Source of the DNA: an uncultured Thermoleophilia bacterium
GTDB taxonomy: Bacteria > Actinomycetota > Thermoleophilia > UBA2241
Assembly (NCBI GenBank): GCA_963713475.1
Contig: CAVQLY010000016.1
Location: 2,069-66,068, forward strand
DNA: 64,000 nucleotides
Reading direction: 5' to 3'
The position numbers and the translations under genes were made by a program. The notes below the pieces were generated by a model. It was given only the letters and a program-made list of their open reading frames with translations, was not told the origin of the DNA and made no database searches. Below are positions 1 to 12,488 of this stretch, in pieces (within the stretch, counting starts at the first letter, position 1; the number at the start of each line of letters is the position of its first letter).

Positions 1-180
1 CGTTCCTGGTGCGCACCGCGCTGGTGCCGGGCCTCACGTTGTGGGTCGGCCCGAAGGCCGGCTGGCCGGGGCCGCGGTGGACGAAGAAGGGCGCGGAGCC
101 GGGGAGAGCCGGCAGCCGAGCCGCAGCCGTTCGCGGTCGGCGGCGAGCCGCTCGGGGACGAAGCCTGACCGCGGGAGCCT

Positions 181-828
181 CTACCGGGCCAGCGTGACGG
201 TCCAGGCCAGCAGGAGCTGGGCGACGTAGTACAGCGGCAGGCCCCACAGCCTGTTGGCGACGCTCGGCGCCACGAACCGGTCCCGGGCGACCGCTACATC
301 GGACGCCATGAAGCACGCGGCGCCGACCGCCGGGATCAGAGAGCCGACGGCGCCCGAGGAGCCGGTCGCCGCGGCGCACATCACGACGATGACGAGGATG
401 TAGGCGACGACCGGCGGGCGGTCGCCGGCGGACAGGTGCGGCCAGAGCCAGCGAAGCGTGATCACGCCGGCGGCGCCGAAACCCAGCAGCGCGAACAGGA
501 CCACGAGGTGCGGCGGGCCGGTCACCCAGAAGGCGACCGTGTACGCGACGTGAGCGAGGAGGAAGGCGGCGAGCCCTCCGAAGAACACCCGCTCGGCGCT
601 CGAGAGCAGCAGCGCGTCCCCCACCCAGCTCAGGAGCAGCGCGATCAGGACGAGCGTGCCGTAGGTCGTCGTGGCGGCCCCGAGCGAGAGAGCGAACACC
701 ACGAAGGCGGAGCTCGCGCCGAGCTTGCACACCGCTCTTGCGACGCCCGCCCGCCGGTGCTCGGCGAGGAGCAGGCCGCTCACGAAGACGGCGCACGCGG
801 CCACGGCGAGGATGGAGACGGTGCCCAT
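181..828 (-). CDS. YhhN-family (lysoplasmalogenase-like) integral membrane protein
   Basis: C-terminal 215 aa of track ORF 181..1950, starting at ATG 826-828 (MGTVSILAVAAC...). It is multi-helix and hydrophobic, with GDALLL, HVAYTVAF and FMASDVAVARDRF patterns typical of YhhN/TMEM86. The upstream part of the track ORF is an alternate-frame shadow of lysS. Confidence 0.6.
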   Translation of the reverse strand: MGTVSILAVAACAVFVSGLLLAEHRRAGVARAVCKLGASSAFVVFALSLGAATTTYGTLVLIALLLSWVGDALLLSSAERVFFGGLAAFLLAHVAYTVAFWVTGPPHLVVLFALLGFGAAGVITLRWLWPHLSAGDRPPVVAYILVIVVMCAAATGSSGAVGSLIPAVGAACFMASDVAVARDRFVAPSVANRLWGLPLYYVAQLLLAWTVTLAR

Positions 829-857
829 CGGCAGGGGCGACGCCCGGCGCCTGGCCT

Positions 858-2345
858 CTAGCTGCGGAGCGCCGGGAAGAGGATGACGTCGCGGATGCTG
901 GGCGCGCCGGTGAGGATCATCACCAGGCGGTCGATGCCCATGCCGAGGCCGCCGGTGGGCGGCATGCCGTGCTCCATGGCCTCGAGGAAGTCCTCGTCGA
1001 GCCGGTGCGCGGTCTCGTCGCCGTCGGCGAGGTCCTGGAGTTGCTGCTCGAAGCGCTCGCGCTGGTCGTCGGGGTCGTTGAGCTCGCTGAAGGCGTTGCT
1101 CAGCTCCATGCCGGCGATGAACCCCTCGAAGCGCTCGACGAAGCGTGGGTCGTGCGGAGTCTTCTTGGCGAACGGACTGGTCTCGAGCGGGTGCTCGGTG
1201 ATGAAGACCGGCTGGATGAGCTTCGGCTCGACGCACTCGCTGAAGAGCTCGTCGACCTGGGCGCCCCAGGCCGGAGCGAGCGGCACGATGGCTTCGAGCC
1301 CCTTCTCCTTGATGCGCGCCTGAAGGTCGCCGACCGTGCGCGCGTCGTCGGCGCCGATGTCGATGCCGGTCTCGCCCTCGATCGCCTTGCGCATCGTGAG
1401 CCGCGGCCACGGCGGCGTCAGGTCGATCTCGTGCTCGCGGAAGCTGACCTGGAGGCCGCCGACGGCGCGAGCCGCCTCGGCGGTCATCTCCTCGACCATC
1501 GTCATGACGTGGTTGTAGTCGACGTAGGCCTCGTAGGTCTCGAGCATCGTGAACTCGGGGTTGTGCTTGAAGCTCACGCCCTCGTTGCGGAAGTCCTTGC
1601 CCATCTCGTAGACGCGGTCGATGCCGCCGATGATGCAGCGCTTGAGGTACAGCTCGGTGGCGATGCGCAGGTAGAGGTCGCGCTCGAGCTCGTTGTGGTG
1701 CGTGACGAACGGCTTGGCCAGGGCGCCGCCGTAGAGGGGCTGCAGCACCGGCGTCTCCACCTCGACGAAGCCGCGATCGTCCAGGAACCTGCGGATCGCG
1801 GCGACGATGCGGGCGCGCTTGACGAACACCTCGCGCGAATCGTCGTTGGCGGCGAGGTCGAGGTAGCGCTTGCGGTAGCGGGTCTCGACGTTGGTGAGCC
1901 CGTGGTACTTCTCGGGCATGGGGCGCAGCGACTTGCTGAGGAGCTGCCACGAGGTGACGCGCAGGCTGAGCTCGCCGCGCCGGGTGCGCATCATGGCGCC
2001 CTCGGCGCCGACGAAGTCCCCGAGGTCGACGTGCTCGAGCGCCGCGTAGCGCTCGTCGCCGAGCGCGTCGAGCTGGCAGAAGAGCTGCAGCTCGCCGCTC
2101 AGGTCCTTGAGGACGACGAAGGTGAGCTTGCCGTGCACGCGCCGCGCGACGACGCGGCCGGCGATGCGGCGCACGTCGGGCGAGTCCTGGCCGGCCTCGA
2201 GCGACTCGTAGGCGGCCTGCAGCGACCCGATCTCGTCGCGCGGCTGGTACTTGGTGGGATACGCGGCGCCGCTCTCGCGCCAGGCGGCGAGCCGCTCACG
2301 CCGCTCGGCGAAGACGTCGCCGTGCTCAGCGTGCTGCTCGTCCAC
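858..2345 (-). CDS. lysS: lysine--tRNA ligase (class II)
   Basis: 495 aa with a GTG start. It has an OB-fold N-domain (GRVVARRVHGKLTFVVLKD) and class II motifs (FVEVETPVLQ, YLRIATELYLKR, FRNEG, GGLGMGIDRLVM). Confidence 0.95.
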   Translation of the reverse strand: MDEQHAEHGDVFAERRERLAAWRESGAAYPTKYQPRDEIGSLQAAYESLEAGQDSPDVRRIAGRVVARRVHGKLTFVVLKDLSGELQLFCQLDALGDERYAALEHVDLGDFVGAEGAMMRTRRGELSLRVTSWQLLSKSLRPMPEKYHGLTNVETRYRKRYLDLAANDDSREVFVKRARIVAAIRRFLDDRGFVEVETPVLQPLYGGALAKPFVTHHNELERDLYLRIATELYLKRCIIGGIDRVYEMGKDFRNEGVSFKHNPEFTMLETYEAYVDYNHVMTMVEEMTAEAARAVGGLQVSFREHEIDLTPPWPRLTMRKAIEGETGIDIGADDARTVGDLQARIKEKGLEAIVPLAPAWGAQVDELFSECVEPKLIQPVFITEHPLETSPFAKKTPHDPRFVERFEGFIAGMELSNAFSELNDPDDQRERFEQQLQDLADGDETAHRLDEDFLEAMEHGMPPTGGLGMGIDRLVMILTGAPSIRDVILFPALRS

Positions 2346-2353
2346 GGCGGGAG

Positions 2354-2833
2354 TCAGGCCTTCTCTATGGCCAGGACCTTGAACTTCTTTGAGCCCTGGG
2401 GCACGGCGACGGTGACCTTGTCGCCGGGCTTGTGACCGATGATCGCCCGGCCGACCGGCGACTCGTTGGACAGCTTGTGCGCGCCCGGGTCGGCTTCGGC
2501 CGAACCGACGATGGCGTACTGCACCACGTCGCCGCGCTGCATGTCCTGCAGCGTGACCTTGGTGCCCACGCCGACGGCGTCGGTGCTGATGTTGTCTGAG
2601 TCGATGACGATGGCGCTGCGCAGACGCTCTTCCAGCGAGAAGATGCGCGCCTCGAGCATGGCCTGCTCGTTCTTGGCGTCGTCGTACTCGGAGTTCTCCG
2701 AGATGTCGCCGAAATCGCGCGCCGCACGGATACGCTCCGCGACCTCGTCGCGCTTGACGGACGAGAGATACTCGACCTCTTCCTTCAGGCGCTGGAAGCC
2801 CTCAGGCGTGAGGATGATCTCACGATCGACCAC
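2354..2833 (-). CDS. greA: transcription elongation factor GreA
   Basis: Start re-picked to GTG at 2831-2833, preceded by GAGGAGGAATCA (RBS). The product VVDREIILTPEGFQRLKEEVEYL...DISENSEYDDAK is a typical GreA of about 160 aa. Confidence 0.9.
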   Translation of the reverse strand: MVDREIILTPEGFQRLKEEVEYLSSVKRDEVAERIRAARDFGDISENSEYDDAKNEQAMLEARIFSLEERLRSAIVIDSDNISTDAVGVGTKVTLQDMQRGDVVQYAIVGSAEADPGAHKLSNESPVGRAIIGHKPGDKVTVAVPQGSKKFKVLAIEKA

Positions 2834-2957
2834 TGATTCCTCCTCTTCAACGCGGCAACGCGGCCCCGTTTGAGGCCGCGTGCCGAAGTGGCGAGCAAGT
2901 ATAGGGCATGCCCGGCGATTGCGCAAACGGAGCCCAAACGCCGTCGGCGGGAGGGTG

Positions 2958-3860
2958 TCAGAGGCCGAGCAACGTGCGCAGCTCGGCCTCGTCCCGCGCC
3001 CTCATCAGCTCCAGCGACAGCGGCTTGTCCAGCGCGCCGTGGCGGCGGAACTTCGGCCAGAACTGGCGCAGGTGGCCGACGGCGCGGCCGCCGAGGTCGG
3101 CGATGGCGGCGGCCGCGAAGCGGCGGACCTCCTCGAGCTTCTCGGCGGCCGAAGGCTCGGCCGCTCCGAGCACCTGAGCGAAGAGCCACGGCGCGCCCAC
3201 GGCGCCGCGCGCGAGCATCACCGCCGCGGCGCCGCCGTCCAGCAGCCGCAGCGCCGCCTCCCGGCCGTCCACGTCGCCTGAGGCGACGACGGGGACGTCA
3301 AGGTCCTCGGCGAGCGCGAACGTCACCGTGTGGTCGGCGCGGCCGCGATACAGCTGCGCCGCCGTCCGCGGGTGGATGCAGACGGCGGCTGCGCCGGCGG
3401 CGACGAGCCGGGGCGCCGTCAGGCGCCCGAGCTCGTCGCCGTCCCGCAGCCCCGCACGGATCTTGACCGTCACCGGCAGGCCGCGCCCCGGCGCGGCGTC
3501 CTCCACCGCCTTCACCACGGCGGCGACGATGCCGGCGGCGCGGTCCGGATCCGCAAGCAGCGCCGCGCCGGCTCCCGTCTTGACGACCTTACGCACGGGG
3601 CAGGCCATGTTGAGGTCGACCAGGTCGGCGCCGGCCGCCACCGCCCTCCCCGCCGCGTCCGCCAGCACGTCGGCGTCGGCGCCGAACAGCTGGAACCCGA
3701 GCGGGTGCTCATCCTCGCCGTGGGCGAAGTAGTCGAGCGTGCGCCGGTTGTCGTAGTGCACGCCGTAGGCCGAGATCATCTCGGTGAACACGAGGCCCGC
3801 GCCCCAGCGGCGCACGCTGCGCCGGAATGCGGTCGTGGTGAGGCCGGCCATGGGCGCCAT
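2958..3860 (-). CDS. dus: tRNA-dihydrouridine synthase (N-terminus probably disrupted by a frame problem, see findings)
   Basis: MAPMAGLTTTAFR...LVDLNMACPVRKV...VTVKIR...IHPRTAAQ are Dus TIM-barrel motifs. The first in-frame start is ATG 3858-3860, but the conserved N-terminal piece lies in another frame upstream. Confidence 0.85.
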   Translation of the reverse strand: MAPMAGLTTTAFRRSVRRWGAGLVFTEMISAYGVHYDNRRTLDYFAHGEDEHPLGFQLFGADADVLADAAGRAVAAGADLVDLNMACPVRKVVKTGAGAALLADPDRAAGIVAAVVKAVEDAAPGRGLPVTVKIRAGLRDGDELGRLTAPRLVAAGAAAVCIHPRTAAQLYRGRADHTVTFALAEDLDVPVVASGDVDGREAALRLLDGGAAAVMLARGAVGAPWLFAQVLGAAEPSAAEKLEEVRRFAAAAIADLGGRAVGHLRQFWPKFRRHGALDKPLSLELMRARDEAELRTLLGL

Positions 3861-3974
3861 GAAGAGCCGCCGGTCGAGTTGGAGAGGCCGCCGATGGCGA
3901 GCGGCCGCAGCAGCGGATCCTGCGCCGGGACGGTCTCGGCGGGCCCCGGGCCGGGCGTCGTCACGCCCGCAGCC

Positions 3975-4748
<774 letters not shown>

Positions 4749-4750
4749 GG

Positions 4751-5593
4751 TCAGACCTCCAGGTCGAGGGCCAGGTCGATCCACGGCGCGCGCGTGGTGA
4801 GCGCGCCGGCGGAGATCACGTCCACGCCTGCGTCGGCGAGCTCGCGCACGCGCTCGAGCCGCACGCCGCCGGAGACCTCGACGATAGCCCGGCCGGCGAC
4901 ACGCAAGACGGCCCGCCGGACCGTCGCCGTGTCCATGTTGTCGAGCAGCACGATGGTCGCCCCGCAGGCGATGGCCTCGTCCAGCTGCTCGATCGTGTCC
5001 ACCTCGACCTCGAGCGCGTGCAGGTGCGCCGCGCCGGCGCGCACGAGCGACACCGCCGCGGCGACGCCGCCGGCCGCCGCGATGTGATTGTCTTTGATCA
5101 TCGCGCCGTCGAAGAGCCCGAAGCGGTGCGGCGTGCCGCCGCCGTGCACCACGGCCTGCTTCTCGAGGGCACGCAGGCCGGGTGTGGTCTTGCGCGTCGC
5201 GGCGATGCGCGCGGTCGTGCCGGCCGTCTCGGCGACGTAGGCGGCCGTCAAGGTCGCCACGCCGCTCAGCCGGCAGAGGAAGTTGAGCGCGGTGCGCTCG
5301 GCGGCGAGGATCGCCGCCAGCGGGCCGCGCAGCTCGGCGATCACGTCACCGGGAGCGAAGCGCTCGCCGTCGTGGATGAAGACTTCCACGGCGAGCCCGG
5401 CGTCGACCTGCTGAACCGTCTGCTCGAGCGCGGCGACGCCGGAGAGCACGCCCTCCTCGCGCGCTACCACACGGGCCACACCGTCGCCGGTGAAGGCCGA
5501 CCCGGTGAGGTCGCCGTAGCCGGCGAGGTCTTCGCGCAGGGCGCGGCGCACGGCCATCCGCGCGGCCTGACGGTACCCGCGACCACTGTTCAT
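4751..5593 (-). CDS. nadC: nicotinate-nucleotide diphosphorylase (carboxylating)
   Basis: ATG 5591-5593 overlaps the nadB stop (ATGA). The protein shows LREDLAGYGDLT...TRKTTPGLR...HRFGLFDGAMIKDNH...LLDNM. Confidence 0.9.
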   Translation of the reverse strand: MNSGRGYRQAARMAVRRALREDLAGYGDLTGSAFTGDGVARVVAREEGVLSGVAALEQTVQQVDAGLAVEVFIHDGERFAPGDVIAELRGPLAAILAAERTALNFLCRLSGVATLTAAYVAETAGTTARIAATRKTTPGLRALEKQAVVHGGGTPHRFGLFDGAMIKDNHIAAAGGVAAAVSLVRAGAAHLHALEVEVDTIEQLDEAIACGATIVLLDNMDTATVRRAVLRVAGRAIVEVSGGVRLERVRELADAGVDVISAGALTTRAPWIDLALDLEV

Positions 5594-7230
5594 GCCGGCC
5601 CCACCTTGCCGACGCCCTCGCTGCGTTCGTGCTCCGGCAGACGAAGCGTGATGTGTTTGCGCCACTCGGCGTCGTCCACCGCGGGGAAGTCGTCACGCAG
5701 ATGCACGCCGCGCGATTCCTCGCGCAGCAGCGCGCACTTGGCGATCTGCGTCCCCAGCGTGAGCATGTTCAGGACCTCGTACTCGGCCTCTCCCATCTGC
5801 GAGAAGCGCAGCTCGGAGGTGAGGCCGCTCAGCTCGTCCAGCGCCGCCTGCAGGTCGGGCCCGCGGCGCAGCACGCCGACCTTGTGCTGCATGATGCCGG
5901 TGAGGCGGGTGCGCGCCGACGCGGCGTGGCTGTCTCCCCCGCCCGACGCGCCTTCGGGGATGTCGAAGCTGAGCCGGCGCACGTCTTCGCCGAGCCGGCC
6001 GATGTAGCGGTCGAGGTCGCGCACGACGCGGTCGGAGAACACGAGGCCCTCGAGCAGCGAGTTGCTGGCGAGCCGGTTCGCGCCGTGGACGCCGGTGCTG
6101 GCTACTTCCCCACTGGCGTAGAGGCCGGGCACCGTGGTGCGGCCCCACACGTCGGTGACCACGCCGCCGATGAAGTAGTGGCAGACCGGCGCGACCGGGA
6201 CGAGCTGGGTGGCGAGGTCGAGGCCGTGCTCGCGCAGGCCCGCGGTGACGCTGGGGAACCGTTCGGCCAGCCAGGCTGCGTCCAGGTGCGTCGCGTCGAG
6301 GTAGACGTGCTCCGTCCCCTCCCGGCGCATCTCGGCGACCATGCCGCGCACGACGATGTCGCGCGAGGCCAGCTCGGCGCGGGAGTCGTACTCCGTCATG
6401 AAGCGCTCGCCGGCGGCGTTGCGCAGGTAGGCGCCCTCGCCGCGGAGCGCCTCGGTGATGAGCTGCACGGTCTGCTGGCCGGGCACGGCCAGACCCGTGG
6501 GGTGGAACTGCACGAACTCGAGGTCGCGGATGGCGGCGCCGGCGCGGTAGGCCATGGCGACGCCGTCGCCGGTGGCGACCGGCGGGTTGGTGGTGCGGCC
6601 GTACACCTGACCGGCGCCGCCCGTGGCGAGCACGGTCACCATGGCGACGTTGAGCGTGAGCCCGCCGTCGGCGAGGTTGAGCGTGAGCGCGCCGACGCAG
6701 CGGCCGTCCACCGTGAGCAGGTCGATGACGAACTCGTCCTCGTAAAGCTGCACGCGGCTGCCGACGCGGGCCGCCTCGGCGAGCGCACTCGAGACCTCGC
6801 TGCCGGTGGCGTCGCCGCCGGCGTGCACGATGCGGGGCAGCGAGTGGGCGCCCTCGCGCCCGAGCACGATCTGGCCGTCGACCTTGTCGAACCGCGGGCA
6901 GATCTCCATGAGCTCACGCACGCGGTCCGGGCCCTCGTTCACCAGGACGCGCACGGCCTCCTCGTCGCAGAGCCCGGCGCCGGCGCCCATGGTGTCCTGG
7001 AAGTGCAGTTCCGGCGAGTCTTCCTCGCCGATGGCCGCCGCGATGCCGCCCTGGGCGAGGAAGGTGGTGGTCTCCTCGAACGTCGACTTGGTGAGCAGCC
7101 CGACGCGCCAGCGGCGGGCGGCGCCGATGGCGGCGGTGAGGCCGGCGATGCCGCCGCCGAGCACCAGCACATCGAAGCTGCGCCGGTGCAGCGGCTCGCC
7201 GGAACGGATCGCGACGTAGGGACGCGTCAT
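5590..7230 (-). CDS. nadB: L-aspartate oxidase
   Basis: Start is ATG 7228-7230 (MTRPYVAIR...). It has the FAD fold DVLVLGGGIAGLTAA and the fumarate-reductase/NadB motifs HAGGDATG, RGEGAYL and HGANRLASNSLLEG. The upstream part of the track ORF is a shadow. Confidence 0.9.
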   Translation of the reverse strand: MTRPYVAIRSGEPLHRRSFDVLVLGGGIAGLTAAIGAARRWRVGLLTKSTFEETTTFLAQGGIAAAIGEEDSPELHFQDTMGAGAGLCDEEAVRVLVNEGPDRVRELMEICPRFDKVDGQIVLGREGAHSLPRIVHAGGDATGSEVSSALAEAARVGSRVQLYEDEFVIDLLTVDGRCVGALTLNLADGGLTLNVAMVTVLATGGAGQVYGRTTNPPVATGDGVAMAYRAGAAIRDLEFVQFHPTGLAVPGQQTVQLITEALRGEGAYLRNAAGERFMTEYDSRAELASRDIVVRGMVAEMRREGTEHVYLDATHLDAAWLAERFPSVTAGLREHGLDLATQLVPVAPVCHYFIGGVVTDVWGRTTVPGLYASGEVASTGVHGANRLASNSLLEGLVFSDRVVRDLDRYIGRLGEDVRRLSFDIPEGASGGGDSHAASARTRLTGIMQHKVGVLRRGPDLQAALDELSGLTSELRFSQMGEAEYEVLNMLTLGTQIAKCALLREESRGVHLRDDFPAVDDAEWRKHITLRLPEHERSEGVGKVGPA

Positions 7231-7268
7231 CGCTCCCTCGTCAGCGCCGGCTCGTGATCGGTCACCGC

Positions 7269-7778
7269 TCACCCTTCCGTGGCGTCGTACAGCCTCACCT
7301 GCTGGGTGCGGGTGGTCGCCCGGCCCAGCCCGGCGACGTCCAAGTCCGGCATGCCTTGCGCGTACTCCCAGACCTCTGCGAGCGGCACGAGCACGAAGGC
7401 TCGCTTGACCATGCGCGGGTGCGGGAGCGTGAGCTCGGGATCGTCGGACTCGGCGTCTTGGAAGAGCAGTATATCGATATCGAGCGTACGCGGGCCAAAG
7501 CGCAGCGAACGGACGCGGCCGTGCTCGCGCTCGATGCGCTGGCACTCGCGCAGGAGGTCGAGCGGCTGCAGCGCCGTCTCGAGGCACACGACCTGATTGA
7601 GGAAGGCGTCCTGGTCCGGCAGGTCCTGGGGCGCCGTCTCGTAGACCCGGGACGCGGCGACGAGCGTGGTCGCAGGCAGCACCGCGAGGGCCTCGCGCGC
7701 GGCATCGAGATAGGCGGCCCGGTCGCCGAGATTGGAGCCGAGCGAAACGAACGCGCGCCTGCCCGACGAAGCGATCAT
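7269..7778 (-). CDS. folK: 2-amino-4-hydroxy-6-hydroxymethyldihydropteridine diphosphokinase
   Basis: ATG 7776-7778 overlaps the folB stop (ATGA). The protein shows AFVSLGSNLGDR...YETAP...GPRTLDIDILL...LPHPRM..RAFVL.PL. Confidence 0.9.
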   Translation of the reverse strand: MIASSGRRAFVSLGSNLGDRAAYLDAAREALAVLPATTLVAASRVYETAPQDLPDQDAFLNQVVCLETALQPLDLLRECQRIEREHGRVRSLRFGPRTLDIDILLFQDAESDDPELTLPHPRMVKRAFVLVPLAEVWEYAQGMPDLDVAGLGRATTRTQQVRLYDATEG

Positions 7779-8140
7779 GCCGTGCGCACCACCTCGACAC
7801 GCGCCGCGTGGATGGGCAGGGACACCGGCGGCGCGATCTTGCTCACCGCGACCTCGACCAGCACAGGGTCGAACTCCTCCCAAAGGCCGTCGCACAGGAT
7901 GGTGGCGAGGCGTTCGAGGAGGTTGAACTCGCTGCCCTCGACCACCCCGCGCACGTAGTTCACTATCTGGCTGTAGTTGACCGTGTCCTGGAGGTCGTCA
8001 CTCTGGCCGGCGCCTCGCGCCTGCGGGTCGAGGCGCACGTCGATCTCGAGGGTCTGGCCGATCGCGCGTTCCTCCGCGGTCACGCCGCAGCGCCCCCGCA
8101 ACTGGATGCCTTCGAGGATGATGGACAGGCTTCGGGTCAT
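7775..8140 (-). CDS. folB: dihydroneopterin aldolase
   Basis: 121 aa, with GIQLRGRCGVTAEERAIGQTLEIDV...DTVNYSQI; it sits between folP and folK. Confidence 0.9.
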   Translation of the reverse strand: MTRSLSIILEGIQLRGRCGVTAEERAIGQTLEIDVRLDPQARGAGQSDDLQDTVNYSQIVNYVRGVVEGSEFNLLERLATILCDGLWEEFDPVLVEVAVSKIAPPVSLPIHAARVEVVRTA

Positions 8141-8176
8141 GGTGGCGGCCTCCTTGCCTCCCCGGCCGGCAGCCGG

Positions 8177-9019
8177 TCAGGGAGCGGTGACGCCCTCGCG
8201 CACGGCGAGAGCGACCCGCAGCGCTTCGAAGTTGGGCTTGACGTCGTGGACGCGGAAGACGTGCGCGCCGGCGAGATAGCCGATCACGGTGGTCGCCACG
8301 GTCCCGATGACGCGGTCGGCGGGCTCAGCGCCGAGGACACTGCCGAGGAAGCGCTTGCGCGAGGCGCCGAGCAGCACCGGCCGCCCCAGGGTGGTGAAGC
8401 GCTCGAGGCCGTCGAGCAGGGCGAGATTGTGAGCCACGGTCTTGCCGAAGCCGACCCCGGGGTCGACCATGATCTGGTCTTCGCGCACGCCGCGGGCGAG
8501 CGCGAACGTCATGCGCTCCTCCAGAAAGCGAAGGACCTCGTCGACGACGTCGTCGTAGCGCGGGTCGTCCTGCATCGTCTTGGGCTGCCCCTTCATGTGC
8601 ATCAGGCACACGGGGCAGCCGGACTCGGCCACCAGGGAGACCATCTCGTCGTCGAAGCGCAACGCGCTCACGTCGTTGATGATCGTCGCGCCGGCGGCCA
8701 GCGAGCGGCGGGCGACCTCGGCCTTCATCGTGTCGACGGAGATGGGGACGCCGACACTGCCGGCGAGCGCCTCGATCACGGGAAGCACGCGGCGCAGCTC
8801 CTCGTCGGCGGAGACCGTCTCGGAGCCCGGCCGCGTGGACTCGCCGCCGATATCGACGATGGAGGCGCCCTCACGCACCAGCGTGAGGGCCTGCTCCAGC
8901 GCGGCGTCGGCGGCGAGGAACCTGCCGCCGTCCGAGAACGAGTCGGGTGTGACGTTGACCACACCCATGATGGCGGGGAACGGCAGGTCGAGCGAAAAGG
9001 TCGGCACGGCCGGCAGCAT
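8177..9019 (-). CDS. folP: dihydropteroate synthase
   Basis: Start re-picked to ATG 9017-9019. The protein shows IMGVVNVTPDSFSDGG...IVDIGGESTRPG...ISVDT...INDVS...DPGVGFGKT. Confidence 0.9.
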   Translation of the reverse strand: MLPAVPTFSLDLPFPAIMGVVNVTPDSFSDGGRFLAADAALEQALTLVREGASIVDIGGESTRPGSETVSADEELRRVLPVIEALAGSVGVPISVDTMKAEVARRSLAAGATIINDVSALRFDDEMVSLVAESGCPVCLMHMKGQPKTMQDDPRYDDVVDEVLRFLEERMTFALARGVREDQIMVDPGVGFGKTVAHNLALLDGLERFTTLGRPVLLGASRKRFLGSVLGAEPADRVIGTVATTVIGYLAGAHVFRVHDVKPNFEALRVALAVREGVTAP

Positions 9020-9030
9020 GGCGGGACGCG

Positions 9031-9600
9031 TCAGTGCGGCGCGTTGATGAGGGCGAAGACCTCGGCGCGCGTGGCTTCGCTGGTCTGGATGAGCCCGCGC
9101 ACGGCACTGGTGACGGTCTTGGAGCCCGGCGTGCGCACCCCGCGCATGCTCATGCACAGGTGCTCGGCTTCGATGAGCACGAGCGCGCCGGTCGGGTGAA
9201 GGGACGTCTCGATGGCGTCGGCGACCTCGCTCGTGATCCGCTCCTGCAGTTGCGGACGCGCCGCCACCTGGCGCACCACGCGCGCCAGCTTGCTCAGCCC
9301 TGCGATGTGGCCGTGGTCGCTGGGGATGTAGGCCACGTGCGCGCGCCCGTGGAAGGGCAGCAGGTGGTGCTCGCAGATCGAGTAGAAGTCGATGTCCTTG
9401 ATGAGCACCATCTCGCGATGGTGGTCACCCGGGATCGCCGTGAGCAGCTCGGCCGGGTCGGGCGCGCCGATGCCCGAGAAGATGTCCACGTACATGTCGG
9501 CGACGCGCTGCGGCGTCTTCTGGAGGCCCGGACGGTCAGGGTCCTCGCCGATGCCCTCGAGGATGAGACGTACGCCGGCCTTTATCTTCTCGCTGTCCAA
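9031..9600 (-). CDS. folE: GTP cyclohydrolase I
   Basis: 189 aa with a TTG start as in the track. The protein shows [15 protein letters not shown]-type motifs ([14 protein letters not shown]), [12 protein letters not shown] and LQERIT. Confidence 0.92.
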   Translation of the reverse strand: MDSEKIKAGVRLILEGIGEDPDRPGLQKTPQRVADMYVDIFSGIGAPDPAELLTAIPGDHHREMVLIKDIDFYSICEHHLLPFHGRAHVAYIPSDHGHIAGLSKLARVVRQVAARPQLQERITSEVADAIETSLHPTGALVLIEAEHLCMSMRGVRTPGSKTVTSAVRGLIQTSEATRAEVFALINAPH

Positions 9601-9623
9601 GTGGCGGGAGCCGTCGCCGGCGC

Positions 9624-11825
<2,202 letters not shown>

Positions 11826-11921
11826 GGTGACCCTTCTGGACGGGTGCCGACACCCGGGCCGGTCCTACGCCTCGATATGCCTGCAAATCGACCGTCCGGT
11901 GACGGTAACATACCCTCCTGA

Positions 11922-12488
11922 CTACAGCAAAGAACCCGCCTGATCGAGGATCTCGTCGGCGGCCTCGGGGGTCAGGACCCCGATGTAGTCGAGCGTGCGG
12001 AAGCGGTCGGCCAGGTCGAGACCGTAGCCGACGACGAACTTGTCGGGGATCTCGAAACCGACGTAGCGACAGGGGATCTCGGTGCGGCGCCGCGAGGGCT
12101 TGGTGAGCAGCGCGCAGATCTCCAGCGACGCCGGCTTGCGGCTGCGCAGGTTCTTGAGGAGGTAGCTCAGCGTGAGCCCCGAGTCGATGATGTCTTCGAC
12201 GATGAGGACGTCCCGGCCGGCGATCTCCAGGTCCAGGTCCTTGAGGATGCGGACCACTCCCGACGAGTCGGTGGACGAGCCGTAGCTCGAGACGGCCATG
12301 AAGTCGAGCGCCACGGGCACGTCGATGCGCCGCGCGAGGTCGGCCATGAAGAACACCGCTCCCTTGAGCACGCCGACGAGCAGGATCTCCTTGCCCGCGT
12401 AGTCTCGGGTGATCTGGGTAGCCAGTTCGTCGACGCGGGACGCCAGCGTCTCACGGTCGACGAGCACCTCAGCGATCGGCACGTTCAC
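11922..12488 (-). CDS. hpt: hypoxanthine phosphoribosyltransferase
   Basis: The GTG start overlaps the tilS stop (GTGA) and follows GGAGGG. The PRPP loop is VLIVEDIIDSGLTL, and FVVGYGLD is also present. Confidence 0.9.
   Translation of the reverse strand: MNVPIAEVLVDRETLASRVDELATQITRDYAGKEILLVGVLKGAVFFMADLARRIDVPVALDFMAVSSYGSSTDSSGVVRILKDLDLEIAGRDVLIVEDIIDSGLTLSYLLKNLRSRKPASLEICALLTKPSRRRTEIPCRYVGFEIPDKFVVGYGLDLADRFRTLDYIGVLTPEAADEILDQAGSLL

Noticed and set aside
1-110. Possible 5' part of a minus-strand gene running off the window start (…APFFVHRGPGQPAFGPTHNVRPGTSAVRTRN, GC3-rich).
   Set aside because: No start codon or family signature is identifiable and too little sequence is visible. 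It is not reported as a feature.
738-2435. 565-aa plus-strand ORF antisense to lysS. Similar long antisense or alternate-frame ORFs occur at 3330..5087, 5629..7257, 7808..9199, 9654..11921, 12506..14020, 17285..18874, 19099..20472, 22403..25696, 25774..28338, 47421..49196 and 60446..61981.
   Set aside because: They are Arg/Ala/Gly/Asp/His-rich low-complexity translations with no recognisable motifs. Each lies opposite or out of frame to a gene with strong family signatures. This is typical stop-codon-poor shadow ORF behaviour in very GC-rich DNA.
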